NCBI GenBank assembly: GCA_950097015.1
Contig: CATNEN010000037.1
Coordinates: forward strand, 2,356,001 to 2,420,000
Direction: 5' to 3'
DNA: 64,000 bases
Source of the DNA: Macrostomum hystrix
Lineage: Eukaryota; Animalia; Platyhelminthes
How positions within the stretch are numbered: position 1 is the first letter of the stretch; each line of letters opens with the position of its first letter. Shown piece after piece: positions 13,701 to 25,814 of the stretch. The notes below the pieces were generated by a model. It had not been told where the DNA came from and did no database searches. It saw only the letters and a list, made by a program, of their open reading frames with translations. Position numbers and translations under genes: made by a program.

Positions 13701-16700
13701 TTGTAATTAAATATAGAAATACGGATCGGTAAAAATCTGTCGATCGTTCTCTAATGATGCCTCCTACTTCCCCTTGTAGTTAATTAAGGCACGCCACTTT
13801 TAGCCTCCAGTTGATCTGGAATATAAATTAGCTGAGCTTTTTCATCTTTCTTAATCAATATCTTGATCAGAATATTAGTGGACAAGGAAAAGCACACCAA
13901 TGTGTGCTCGGTGTGCCAAATTAAAAATTACGACTTGGGTAGATTAGATAAGGAGAAATACAACACGAGAGACAGGGAGAGATGAGACGGAGAGATGAAA
14001 CATGGAGATGTGAGACAATGAGATATGAGACAGGGGGAGATGAGACATGGAGATGTGAGACAATGAGATATGAGACAGCAGGAGATGAGACAGGGAGAGA
14101 TGAGACAGGGAAGAGATTTGACAGGGGAGATATGAGACAGGGAGAGATGAGATAAGGGAGAGATGAGACAGGGGAGAGATGAGACAGGGGAGAGATGAGA
14201 CAAGGGAGAGATGAGTCACGGGAGAGATGAGACACGGGAGAGATAATACACAGGAGAGATGAGACACGGGAGAGATGAGACAAGGGAGAGATGAGACAAG
14301 GGAGAGATGAGACACGGGAGAGATGAGACAAGGGAGAGATGAGACAAGGGAGAGATGAGACACGGGAGAGATGAGACACGGGAGAGATGAGACAGGGGAG
14401 AGATGAGACAGGGGAGAGATGAGACACGGGAGAGATGAGACATGGGAGAGATGAGACACGGGAGAGATGAGACACGGGAGAGATGAGACAAGGGAGAGAT
14501 GAGACAAGGGAGAGATGAGACACGGGAGAGATGAGACAAGGGAGAGATGAGACACGGGAGAGATGAGACACGGGAGAGATGAGACACGGGAGAGATGAGA
14601 CAGGGGAGAGATGAGACACGGGAGAGATGAGACACGGGAGAGATGAGACACGGGAGAGATGAGACAGGGGAGAGATGAGACAGGGGAGAGATGAGACAGG
14701 GGAGAGATGAGACAGGGAGAGATGAGACAGAGAGAGATGAGACACGGGAGAGATGGGAGGCGGGAGAGATTAGAAGCGGGATAGATAAGAGGCAAGACAG
14801 GGACAGGGGAGAGTATTTGAGTGTGTTAAAAGTGGCCGTGTTTGGTTCTAGAATTCTCGAATCATTTAAATAGTCTTTGTATGTTTAATATAATATTAGT
14901 GCAAAATCAACATACTGAAATGTCAACTATTATAAAGCAAATTTACATAAAGGAAGAAATCTATCGCTTAAATTTTACGACCATAGAGCGAACATAAACT
15001 ATAGTACTAAACTGTATTAAGTAAAGTGGATCTCCTTTGACGATGTTTGATTTGGGGCAGCCATGAAACTGGGAGAAGGATAGATAGATAGAAGAGGTTG
15101 TTAAACAAGACATAAAAGATCAAGCAGACATTGATGCCATATTCGAAAACAGACTGCCCAGGTCCCGTTAATGCATTTTTCAAGTAGCAGGCTATAGATT
15201 TCTGAAATAAAAAAACTAACTTAATCCTGAACTGAATGTATTGATTCTCTAGGCCTCCACGAGTACTTTTCATTACATTACAAGCTGCATTTGATGGTCA
15301 TTTAACTCTATTTTTTATAGTACAAGAAGGTTTTGCAATCGACTGGAGTTGGAAAAATTTTTAAGTCGATTGGGGAGGACGCCAGGGCACAATCAACAAC
15401 TCAAAGAGGATCTGGTCAGAAGCAGAGAAACACAAAGCGATTGTGAATCCTATTTATTTCTTTATGCTTTCGCCATTTCTTGCGTGAACTATCTTTGTTA
15501 GAGTTGAGACTAGTTTAAGAGGCTGACAAAGCATTGCATGGCGGCATCGATTACAAAAGAGCTAAAAATATAGAGGCAGTCGGACAGAAAGTTTAGAGAA
15601 AAGAAGAAAATTTCTTCCTCTTTTTTCTCAAAGCACAGGCAAATTAAGGGAACTTCGAAGATGCGGTCGAAAGAGTTCATAAGATTGTTCCTTTGTACAT
15701 ATCTATTGCCAACCTCAGGAGACTGGCTTTAAGTCTAATCGCCCACCCAAACCAGTGTCAAGTAAGGTTATCGGGGTCGCTCATACACACACAGAGAGAG
15801 ATAGAGGGACACACCATCCCCTTCTCTATTTTCTCCGACCCCTATTTTCGTACCTCATGCAACTCTCTAAACTATACCCAACCTAATATATGCGTCCCTC
15901 AGAAACTTCATAGCATTGGCCTGTTCAGCAAACAGTTGCAGCATTTTGTCTCAACTTCTCTTCAAAGTCTAAGGCCACACACACACAGCCAGCTTACAAC
16001 TGATCCCAGTGTGTGTGCCTGTATGTCCTGGTCTGATTAGAATATGGGAGAAGGCTGTTGGGGTTGAAAAAAGGGGAAAGAGAAAGTGGAGAGAGAGAGA
16101 GAGCTGGTTTTAGGGTCACCAACGAAAGGACACAGGAATGCTCTCCTTACTTAACCTCGACCGAAACTTTTCATTTTGTTTACTATTTCAACAAGTATTT
16201 CATTTTATAACTTATTATTTAACCACTACTAATTATATAATAATGGTACTATGCTTCTCGATCGGTCTATCTATGCTTCTCTATCACTGTCACTCTACGC
16301 TTCTCTATCACTGTCACTCTATGCTTCTCTATCACTGTCACTCTACGCTTCTCTATCACTGTCACTCTATGCTTCTCTATCACTGTCACTCTATGCTTCT
16401 CTATCACTGTCTCTCTATGCTTCTCTATCACTGTATCTCTATGCTTCTCTCTCACTGTCTCTCTATGCTTCTCTATCACTGTCTCTCTATGCTTCTCTAT
16501 CAATGTCACTCTATGCTTCTATATCACTGTCTCTCTATGCTTCTCTATCACTGTCACTCTATGCTTCTATATCACTGTCTCTCTATGCTTCTCTATCACT
16601 GTCTCTCTATGCTTCTATATCACTGTCTCACTATGCTTCTCTATCACTGTCACTCTATGCTTCTATATCACTGTCTCTCTATGCTTCTCTATCACTGTCT

Positions 16701-18336
16701 CTCTATGCTTCTCTATCACTGTCACTCTACGCTTCTCTATCACTGTCTCTCTATGCTTCTCTATCACTGTCACTCTATGCTTCTCTATCACTGTCACTCT
16801 ATGCTTCTCTATCACTGTCACTCTATGCGTCTCTATCACTGTCTCTCTATGCTTCTCTATCACTGTCTCTCTATGCTTCTCTATCAATGTCACTCTATGC
16901 TTCTCTATCACTGTCTCACTATGCTTCTCTATCACTGTCACTCTATGCTTCTCTATCACTGTCTCTCTATGCTTCTCTATAACTGTCTCTATATGCTTCT
17001 CTATCGCTGTCTCTATGCTTCTCTATCACTGTCTCTCTATGCTTCTCTATCACTGTCACTCTATGCTTCTCTATCACTGTCACTCTATGCTTCTCTATCA
17101 CTGTCACTCTACGCTTCTCTATCACTGTCTCTCTATGCTTCTCTATCACTGTCACTCTACGCTTCTCTATCACTGTCACTCTATGCTTCTCTATCACTGT
17201 CACTCTACGCTTCTCTATCACTGTCTCTCTATGCTTCTCTATCACTGTCTCTCTATGCTTCTCTCTCACTGTCTCTCTATGCTTCTCTATCACTGTCTCT
17301 CTATGCTTCTCTCTCACTGTCTCTCTATGTTTCTCTATAAATGTCTCTCTATGCTTCTCTCTCACTGTCTCTCTATGCTTCTCTATCACTGTCTCACTAT
17401 GCTTCTCTATCACTGTCTCTCTATGCTTCTCCATCACTGTCACTCTATGCTTCTATATCACTGTCTCTCTATGCTTCTCTATAACTGTCTCTATATGCTT
17501 CTCTATCACTGTCTCTATGCTTCTCTATCACTGTCTCTCTATGCTTCTCTATCACTGTCACTCTATGCTTCTCTATCACTGTCTCTCTATGCTTCTCTAT
17601 AACTGTCTCTATATGCTTCTCTATCACTGTCTCTATGCTTCTCTATCACTGTCTCTCTATGCTTCTCTATCACTGTCTCTCTATGCTTCTCTATCACTGT
17701 CACTCTATGCTTCTCTATCACTGTCTCTCTATGATTCTCTCTATCTCATTGCCATTTCCTCGTCGTGTTCATTAGATCTTTCTTTCCATCGCTTTATGCC
17801 TGTCCGGCCATCTTCGCAATCAAAATAAAAAACAGCTAAGCATAACAAGACACGAGGCTAAATCTAGCTCAACAACCAATGGGGTGTTAGCTACCCGAGT
17901 GATGGGGTTGCACTTTTAGCAAACTACTGGGAGCGTGCTCAATAACAATGTTTCAAAATAATAAATAGCTAGATGAATATTTTTTAACCTTTGACAATCC
18001 TTTCAAGGAATGCTCATAACTCGGCCATACTAAACAAGCGTTTTGTAAGTCTCACCATTTGAATTTGTCATTTGGTCCAGCGGAAAATGTGGACGACTTT
18101 AGCACTTCGCCCATCTCCTCCCTACAGAAACTGAAATTGTTGATGCTCCACATATAGGTGAACTTGGTGACCTTGACCTGTGTGTAGCACCAGTTCTCCG
18201 CCACAGGGGCGCCGCCAAGGTCAGGTGGCTGACCTGGACTGCCAGGCCGAGACAGAGGCGGTCCGCCAGCAGAGCTGGGATCATTGGTGGAATCCAGTAT
18301 CGGCGGCAGGCGCAGCGGCGGCGGCTGGGGCTCCAT
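1766..18336 (-). CDS. SPOP: Speckle-type POZ protein (SPOP/roadkill), MATH + BTB Cullin-3 substrate adaptor, about 404 aa, 6 coding exons
   Basis: Exons assembled by hand with GT-AG sites and consistent phases: 18336-18056, 13610-13456, 10674-10547, 5927-5724, 3844-3665, 2032-1766 (1215 nt). Translation gives [126 protein letters not shown] and a C-terminal [11 protein letters not shown], all closely matching SPOP. Confidence 0.96.
2083..3291. repeat. Intronic minisatellite, 24 bp unit, about 50 copies (SPOP last intron)
   Basis: Unit gtgataattatagtgggtaagggt; period 24 (2108 to 2132). Confidence 0.95.
3869..5675. repeat. Intronic minisatellite, 33 bp unit, about 55 copies, filling almost all of SPOP intron 3845-5723
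   Basis: Unit tcagctgacattcctacaaatccattcagtgtc (ttta/taca variants). Confidence 0.95.
6077..7267. repeat. Intronic minisatellite, 21 bp unit, about 56 copies
   Basis: Unit tcttgaatctaaagacccaat, with att/ctt/act variants clustered in blocks. Confidence 0.95.
7517..7751. repeat. Intronic minisatellite, 33 bp unit, about 7 copies
   Basis: Unit catctcacccttcagcgcgttcttgatcacaac. Confidence 0.92.
8417..10470. repeat. Intronic minisatellite, 33 bp unit with two major variants, about 62 copies
   Basis: Units gggaagctgttacattcattagaaccttcaggt and gggaagctgtcaaccccacaagaaccttcaggt are interspersed. Confidence 0.95.
10770..12457. repeat. Intronic minisatellite, 22 bp unit, about 77 copies
   Basis: Unit caattcgttagttgctatccat; period 22 (10861 to 10883). 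Confidence 0.95.
13975..14756. repeat. Intronic purine-rich minisatellite, 16 bp unit, about 48 copies
   Basis: Unit gagatgagacacggga; period 16 (14402, 14418, 14434). Confidence 0.93.
16271..17745. repeat. Intronic pyrimidine-rich minisatellite, 24 bp unit, about 61 copies
   Basis: Unit ctatgcttctctatcactgtctct, with occasional 22-nt units. Confidence 0.95.
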
Positions 18337-18418
18337 CACGGCTGGCAGCACCTGGAAGCCGGCGAATGGTTGAAGGTTGGGTGAATGCTGGAGCTTGGGG
18401 TAGACTGGAAGATATTGG

Positions 18419-19490
18419 CAATCCTGGGGATCTTGGGAAATCCAGGAGATCTTGGGAAATCCAGGAGATCTTGGGAAATCTAGGAGATCTTGGGGAATCC
18501 TGGGGATCTTGGAAAGTTCTGAGAATCTTGGGAAATCCTAGGGATCTTGGGAAATCCAGGAGATCTTGGTAGATCCAGGAAATCCTGGGGATCTTGGAAA
18601 ATCCTGGGGATCTTGGGAAATCCTGGGGATCTTGGGAAATCCTGGGGATCTTAGGAAATCCTGGGGATCTTGGAAATCCAGGAGATCTTGGGAAATCCAG
18701 GAGATCTTGGGAAATCCAGGAGATCTTGGGAAATCTAGGAGATCTTGGGGAATCCTGGGGATCTTGGAAAGTTCTGAGAATCTTGGGAAATCCTAGGGAT
18801 CTTGGGAAATCCAGGAGATCTTGGTAGATCCAGGAAATCCTGGGGATCTTGGAAAATCCTGGGGATCTTGGGAAATCCTGGGGATCTTGGGAAATCCTGG
18901 GGATCTTAGGAAATCCTGGGGATCTTGGAAATCCAGGAGATCTTGGGAAATCCAGGAGATCTTGGGAAATCCAGGAGATCTTGGGAAATCTAGGAGATCT
19001 TGGGGAATCCTGGGGATCTTGGAAAGTTCTGAGAATCTTGGGAAATCCTAGGGATCTTGGGAAATCCAGGAGATCTTGGTAGATCCAGGAAATCCTGGGA
19101 TCTTGGAAAATCCTGGGGATCTTGGGAAATCCTGGGGATCTTGGGAAATCCTGGGGATCTTAGGAAATCCTGGGGATCTTGGAAATCCAGGAGATCTTGG
19201 GAAATCCAGGAGATCTTGGGAAATCCAGGAGATCTTGGGAAATCTAGGAGATCTTGGGGAATCCTGGGGATCTTGGAAAGTTCTGAGAATCTTGGGAAAT
19301 CCTAGGGATCTTGGGAAATCCAGGAGATCTTGGTAGATCCAGGAAATCCTGGGGATCTTGGAAAATCCTGGGGATCTTGGGAAATCCTGGGGATCTTGGG
19401 AAATCCTGGGGATCTTAGGAAATCCTGGGGATCTTGGGAAATCCTGGGGATCTTGGGAAATCCTGGGGATCTTGGGAAATCCTGGGGATT
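18419..19490. repeat. Intronic minisatellite, about 19 bp unit, organised as a ~255 bp higher-order repeat
   Basis: Unit ggaaatcctggggatcttg; the diagnostic ttggtagatccagg recurs at 18566, 18821, 19076, 19330. Confidence 0.93.
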
Positions 19491-19506
19491 TTTTGTTAAA
19501 TCTCAC

Positions 19507-19831
19507 TTGCTGCGGAGGCTGCGGTGGCTGCTGCTGCTGCAGCTGTGGCTGAAGAGGTGGTGGCTCCGATCTGTGATGATGGCTCAAGCCGCTGTACAGC
19601 TGGTACTGCTGCTGCTGTTGCTGTTGCTGCTGGTATTGGCTGAACTGGCTGCCGCTATTGCGCTGCTGCTGCAGCTGCTGATGGTGATGATGCTGCTGAA
19701 ATGAATGCTGATGCTGGTGCTGGTGCAGAAGCTGCTGCGGCTGCTGCTGAAGCTGCTGTAGCTGGCCTAAAGACGAAGAGTCAGCCACTGTGACGGCTTG
19801 TAGTTGCGCTTTAACTGGCGCCTAATTATAT
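19507..19831 (-). other. Putative upstream SPOP exon encoding a Gln/His-rich segment (or 5' UTR)
   Basis: Open poly-Q/H frame between a TAG acceptor-like site (~19832) and a donor CAGCAA|GTGAGA at 19506. In frame with SPOP if spliced to the acceptor at 18352. Contains no ATG. Confidence 0.55.
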
Positions 19832-20702
19832 TTGATTAAATGAGCTTTTAAACAGAAAATCTGGTTGCCGCCTACAGTAAGTCCCCGCCTACAGCTGGAC
19901 CAGTTGATAACGCTAATAAAAACGAAGGTATATTCAGATAATGAACTTCCGACTTAAAATTGAAAGTCTGAAATAATTTGTTATATATTTTTTTCGAATC
20001 AAAATCCCAAATAATAAAAAACTATTTTAGGAGTTATTCGAATCAGGAGAAACGACAGCGCATTATATAGCAATTTGCGGTGGATGGTGCAGAGACAGAG
20101 AGAAATAGAGCGAAAGACTATTGAGAAAATGTGAGTGAAATAGAGGAGGTAGGCAAAAATTGCACTCCGACTCTCTGAATTGCTAGGGAGAGAGAGGGAG
20201 ATGGGAGGGGGCGGCAGGCTAGAGAGAGGTACAGGGCAGGTCAGCCATTGGCCAGCAGTCTAGGCGGAGGCCGGGTGGGCCAGATTTTTTTCTACCAGTG
20301 GACTACCAGCAGGCTGCGAACTGCTGAATGTAAAAGGGGAATCGGGCTAGAGCGGAAGAGCGGATTGGAGAAGATAGGACTGGCGCGTTCCAATAGGAGG
20401 ATAAAACTTTTGTTAAAGGCTAAGAGCTGCCTGGTAGGCAAAGCTTATTAATATACTTATAATATATGCATTCCAATTCCAAGTATGAGGACAGGAGGAG
20501 AGGAAATGGAGTTTGCTGTGCACTTTACTGAGGACAAGGGGAACACTGACACTCTGGGAAAGAAAATAATAATAATAATAATACTGAGCCTAAAGTGCAT
20601 CTCGAATCAATTACAAGCCTTTAAGCCATGCATGCGTCTTACTTTGTTTTACATTCCTAATTCTATTGATAAAATAGAATAGAATTTGGCAACCACCACT
20701 AG

Positions 20703-20930
20703 AGGGTTGTAGCCTAGTTGCTAGAGCGTCGGACTCATGACACTTGAAGGTCAGAGGTTCGATTCCCAACTCCACTGGGAATAGGGAAATTTGTTTCCTT
20801 TAGCAAGACCCTTAAACCCATCGACTGTGGTCCCACCAGTCGATGGACTGAACAGCCGTACGCAGCCTTCTGATGCGCCCCGCAATAGCGGGTGCAATCA
20901 ATTGGGGCAGAAGTAATCAATAGTATTAAT
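20703..20930 (+). mobile_element. tRNA-derived SINE-like element (tRNA-Met-like head, CORE-like body motif)
   Basis: A-box-like TAGCCTAGTTG, ctCATga anticodon-like loop, B-box GGTTCGATTCC, then tcctttagcaagacccttaaacc, which resembles the CORE-SINE CCTTGGGCAAGTCACTTAAC motif. Confidence 0.5.
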
Positions 20931-21102
20931 CATTCAATTATACCTATATAGATTATCCAGTGGAACAGCCACGCGGTGCATCGACAGGTTGTGTACAGCT
21001 GATCAGTCCATGGACTGGCGGTCGGGGTGCCAAAACCACGCAGATTTCTTACACTGTTTATCAGATAGAGAATAAAGTGCCTCGCTTAAGGATACAAACA
21101 GC

Positions 21103-21172
21103 TAACCTTGGGCTGAGATTCGAACCCTGGACCTCTAGTTAAGAATTAGTCCATAGCTCTAACCAATGGGGC
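21103..21172 (-). mobile_element. Degenerate tRNA-like/SINE head
   Basis: Reverse complement contains tggttagagc (A-box-like) and ggttcgaatc (B-box). Confidence 0.35.
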
Positions 21173-22077
21173 TGCTAGCTCTTAGTATTAGAAAATTATA
21201 ACTAAAAAGAAAGCATTCTTTTAGTAGAATATCACTATTCATAAAGTGTGTTAAACGCAGAAAAAATATAGCATTCTACTCACACAGCAATGCCGCTTGT
21301 CTATATAAAAGGCAGAGAGCTACCCGTAGAGGTAGGTCGCTATTTAGAGGTCACACTGGTTTGTTACTGAAAGAAAAGAAAGATTTGCCACATTAAATAA
21401 CGTGCTTTAAGTGCAACTTTAGGTACGCGTGATGAAAATTCAATTAAATTATGTAGTTCAATTCAAAATAAGTTTTGAGAAACTGGAGATCAAAATGAAA
21501 TATTGCAACATAGAATTGCTTCAAATATATTAAACTAGCTTGACAAGAAATACCGATGGTACTTTAAAACTAGCAGAGCTCCCTATATAAAGATATGGCT
21601 GAACAATAATTTCTCTTTCCTGGACGCACTTTTAGGCCATGAAAAAGTGCAAATCTAGCTACAAAACCGACACCGCCCACGGACCGAACGGCCTACGCAT
21701 CTACTGCGGCATTTTGGACTAAGTAAAGGCAGACATAAAAGTACAAGAAAATGTGCGGCTTTGTCAAATGCGAATAAAATAATGAATTTTAACTATCTAG
21801 ACAAAAACGTCATAGCTGCATTTGGAAGCGGTTGCATATTAGCTCTAGCATCGTACGGATCAAGTAATGGACAGTAACAAGTTGAAGATATTGATAGAGA
21901 CATTAGGTGAAAACACCATTTGGAATAGCGTGAATAACCTCTCACGCCAAGGTCCTTGAGCTCGATTACGCTACTGCCATCAAATGATCTACCATATAAT
22001 AATAATTATTATTATAACAATAATTTTAGGAGGGCTGCTGGCTAAATAGCACATCATTTAGTGACACTAGACCCGCA

Positions 22078-22366
22078 GCCAGCGAGTAGGCAATTCTGCC
22101 CATTTCGCTCACTCCTGAGCACACAAGCACACAGATACTGTACGCAGGCACACGCTCACACAGTTGTGTACATCTGCCCTGACTTTCTCATCCTTAGGCA
22201 GTGTAGATTTCACTGTGCCTTGGAGGTTGGCCCTCAAGGACGTAAGTCGCACGACCAGTCACCAAGCCTTCTCTCCGCGGCTGCGCCCCAAATAAATGTG
22301 GCCTCGCTGTGGAATCGAACTTAGGGACCTTGGTGCGACAGACGTTAACCGCTCTGCCACCGACCC
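22078..22366 (-). mobile_element. tRNA-derived SINE, family A copy 1
   Basis: Minus strand begins gggtcggtggcagagcggtt...gttcgattcc (A and B boxes). Body aligns by eye with the copies at 55900 and 63605. Confidence 0.8.
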
Positions 22367-24717
22367 CAATGATTTACCATTGCCCGCAGCCCTCCTGCAA
22401 ATATTATTATATTACTAATATAGTACGGGATAACGCACACGGCACATGCACCAGTCTGCCAGCACTGCAAATCCGAGGAAGAGAATATTTATAAAACATA
22501 GTACCTTTACTTGCTGGAATATAAGAGTACTTGAGCTCTACCACCCTAAAGTAAACGCGCGCGCTATTCTTCCATACCCTTCGCCATTCAATGTCTCGAA
22601 GTAGTGTCTATACGATAATTTAGTCGGGGTAAATAAAATCTAGATAATAAATCATGTATACGACCAGAAAGTACACGACTAACTGCAGCACTCAATATTC
22701 GTGTAGGCTCCTCTCTTATACAGTGCTCTTATCGGCTTGACTTGCTGCTCTACAGTCCAAGTGTAATATGAATTAATACAGAATACTTGCGTTCCCAGCA
22801 AAATAAGTACTGATTTCTCAATTACCCTCATGTGGCTGACTGTTGATTAACTAATCCCCAGTTGTCTCTCTAGATGTTGACTAGCCGCCGAGGTCACGCA
22901 AGCAGTAGAGCGAAGAGAATCCTCTCTTCCTCCTTCCCTGTTTGTTTGATGAATATTAAAAACCTGTCGAGCATAAACAAAGGATTAATACTCTAATGCC
23001 AATTATCTATCAGAAGGCATAGAGCATCATTTGGCAGCAGCTCTGATAACATTTTTCGCCCGCATTAAGAGACCTTCGTTGTTATTCTAGATCAATAAAG
23101 TGTATTCAAAATAATACAAACCAAGCTACTTGATCAGTAGTATGTAGTGTATATAAGCATTTTTTAACAAAATATTTCGACTTGTTATTACTGACAAGAA
23201 CCAGGACCAATTCATTACACTTTACCCATTAAACAATGATAATATGACGATAACAAGATAATGAAAGTTACATTAATTTTATATAGGTGATAACAAGAAA
23301 GGTCAATAAAGTGAAACACACCATTTCAATATATTAGCATGCCAATGTTACTTTCAATAAATTAAAAAATTATGCACATAAAACACAAATAAATTCATTT
23401 TTCAACTATGATATTATATATGCTTATGTATTATGCATACTTCACCAAAATATTTATATTTAAACCATTGGATTTACCACTTTGAACTATCAACTAAGCC
23501 ACCCTTAATTTGCTACCGTGTTTTCTTATTTAAATAAAAAAATTTAAATACAAAACACTTTTTTTCAACATTTCATATATAATTTACTTTTTTAGTCAGT
23601 ATGTAATAGTTTCCTCCCTTTCTTTACTAATTTGCCCAGTGGGCAAAAATGAATCAATGACCCAATGCCATAGAATAAGAAAATTATAAGTAAAACACTT
23701 TGCTTAGTTTTCCACACCTGCATGCCAAGGCAGCTATTGAAAAAATGACATTAATCTGCAATGCTATATTTTAAGTAGTGAGCAAAGGGCTTTATAGGCC
23801 AAAAAAACAATTTAAGAGAGATCACTGGGCAAAGGGAATAAATTTGACTATAGAGAATCAGAGACAATACAAGAAAGGATTAGATTGAAGAGGAAATTAC
23901 AATCAGGGTAACTATATAAGACAAGAAAGAGAATAAAATGTATAAAAGGCATGTAGGAGAGACAAGAAGGTGGAGGTATTGTTAGAAATGGTCAAAATGT
24001 AACAAGATTATTTCTTAGTCAATTGGTCACATGTGATATGATACCATATTTTTAATTATTATGAAAGCAAAATGTTATGAAGTTATGACGTTATTCTTCA
24101 TTATTATGAAGTTAACTTTTTCTAATGTGAATTTACAAGTTTAAACAATATCTATATATAAATCTATATATATAAAAGTGAAAACTCTGTCTGTCTGTCT
24201 GTCTGTGTGCAACCTTTTGTCTTTATAGACGCCGAAACCGCTCAACCAAATTGCACCAAACTTTGCACATACCTAAAACCACCTACGCTGAGTGCAATAG
24301 GCTACTCAAATTCCCGAAAAATCATTTCCTTCCTGCTCAAAAGTGCAAAAAACTGCTCAAAAATCGTCAAAAAATCACTCAATTCGACATATCGTCGCCC
24401 CACTTTGTCAGATTTTCTCCAAATTTGATCCACTTACACTTTACATGTTTTCCAACAATGCTGTCAATTTTGAACAACTCTACTCAATCCAGAACAAAGC
24501 TGCATCATCTCAAAGTGAGTCACTTTTTGTTTTCCGAGGACAGCCACCCCAACTCCCCTCCGCCACTCTGCGGGCCAAATTTTATTACAGCCACCCCTCC
24601 CTTCCCCGTGCGCCGAAGCCCCAGACTGTAGATTGTATTTCAAGCCATGAATGTACACAGCCCAAACCCCTAGACTGTCTACTGGCCCCCAAGCAGCACT
24701 GAGACTGAGTGCGGTAA

Positions 24718-25419
24718 GTGCGGTGGCGTCCTAGTGCGCAGGGCTCTCCGGTCGATATTTCTCTCCAGCCAGCCTGGGATAGAAGAAAGAGAGAGGCTGG
24801 CGTTGACTGGCTGTCAGAGAGGGCAATTCTGTGTCCTAGAAATGATGCCGCCAACAAAATTAACTACCAACTGCTTCAGGAGTTGCCAGGTGCAGTTTTC
24901 ACCTACAAGTCAATTGATACAATGTTGACTGATGACACCGCTGTGGAGTATCCTGTTGAGTTTCTGAACTCTCTAGATCCTCCTGGAACTCCATCGCACA
25001 ACTTGCAGCTGAAAGTTGGGGCACCAATTATGCTCCTCCGCAACCTGAATGCGCCAAGGCTGTGTAACGGCACCAGACTGATAGTCAGGCGGCTCTTCCC
25101 ACACGTGATTGAGGCCACGATAATGACTAGATCTGGCAGAGGAGAGTCTGTGTTCGTTCCCCGGATTCCAATTATCCCCACGGACCTGCCATTTCAGTTC
25201 AAGCGACTGCAGTTCCCTGTGAGAGTGTGCTTTGCGATGACTATTAACAAGGCTCAGGGACAGTCGCTGAAGGTGGCTGGCATCAACCTGGAGACTCCTT
25301 GCTTCTCGCATGGGCAGCTTTATGTTGCCTGCTCCCGTGTTGGAACTCCAGCTGGCCTATTCATTTTCGCACCAAGGGGAAGAACAAAGAATGTGGTGTA
25401 TCCCCAGGCCTTGAGGTGA
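24718..25419 (+). pseudogene. C-terminal fragment of Helitron RepHel PIF1-like helicase
   Basis: AILCPRND, LKVGAPIMLLRNLNAPRLCNGTRL, FKRLQFPVRVCFAMTINKAQGQSL, FSHGQLYVACSRV, TKNVVY. Lacks Walker A, the Rep domain and an ATG start. Confidence 0.9.
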
Positions 25420-25571
25420 CTCGCAAGCAATTAATAGAAAAGTAGTCACGAATTGACCTTGACCTGTCTAACTCTGAACTCTGAAACAGTTTAATTTTGT
25501 TTCTTTGACATTGTTATTGTTTTGCCATGGCTATTTTCCTTATGTATACGCGTGTACATGCATACTGTATA

Positions 25572-25814
25572 CAGAGGCAGATTTAGGGGGGCGGGGGGCA
25601 GTCGCCCCCCTGAATTTTAATCATGGGAATAAGATGCCCCCACCAGGGGCGCCAGTCGCAGCACTGGCGCCCCTTTTTGGCCGCTGGCGCCCCTTTTTCA
25701 GCCGCTGGCTCCCGTTTTTCAGCCGCTGGCGCCCTTTTCGGCCGCTGGCCCTGTGATTCTCATGGCGCTCCTCTGACAGACCGCCCCAAAACAAAATTCT
25801 TGGATCTGCCACTG
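25572..25814. mobile_element. hAT-type MITE nested in the Helitron
   Basis: Imperfect TIRs cagaggcagattta / tggatctgccactg; 8-bp flanking direct repeat actgtata / actgtaaa (7/8). Confidence 0.75.

Noticed and set aside
2083-19704. Long repetitive ORFs in SPOP introns ([63 protein letters not shown])
   Set aside because: They are stop-free frames of tandem arrays. They occur on both strands and in several frames, mostly use non-ATG starts, and lie inside introns of a well-supported gene.
20703-22366. Functional tRNA genes at 20703, 21103 and 22300
   Set aside because: A/B boxes are present but the stems are imperfect and run into SINE-type bodies with no T-run terminator; treated as SINE heads.
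24718-25419. Host PIF1 helicase gene
   Set aside because: Only the C-terminal motifs are present, there is no start codon, and it is enclosed by Helitron-type termini.
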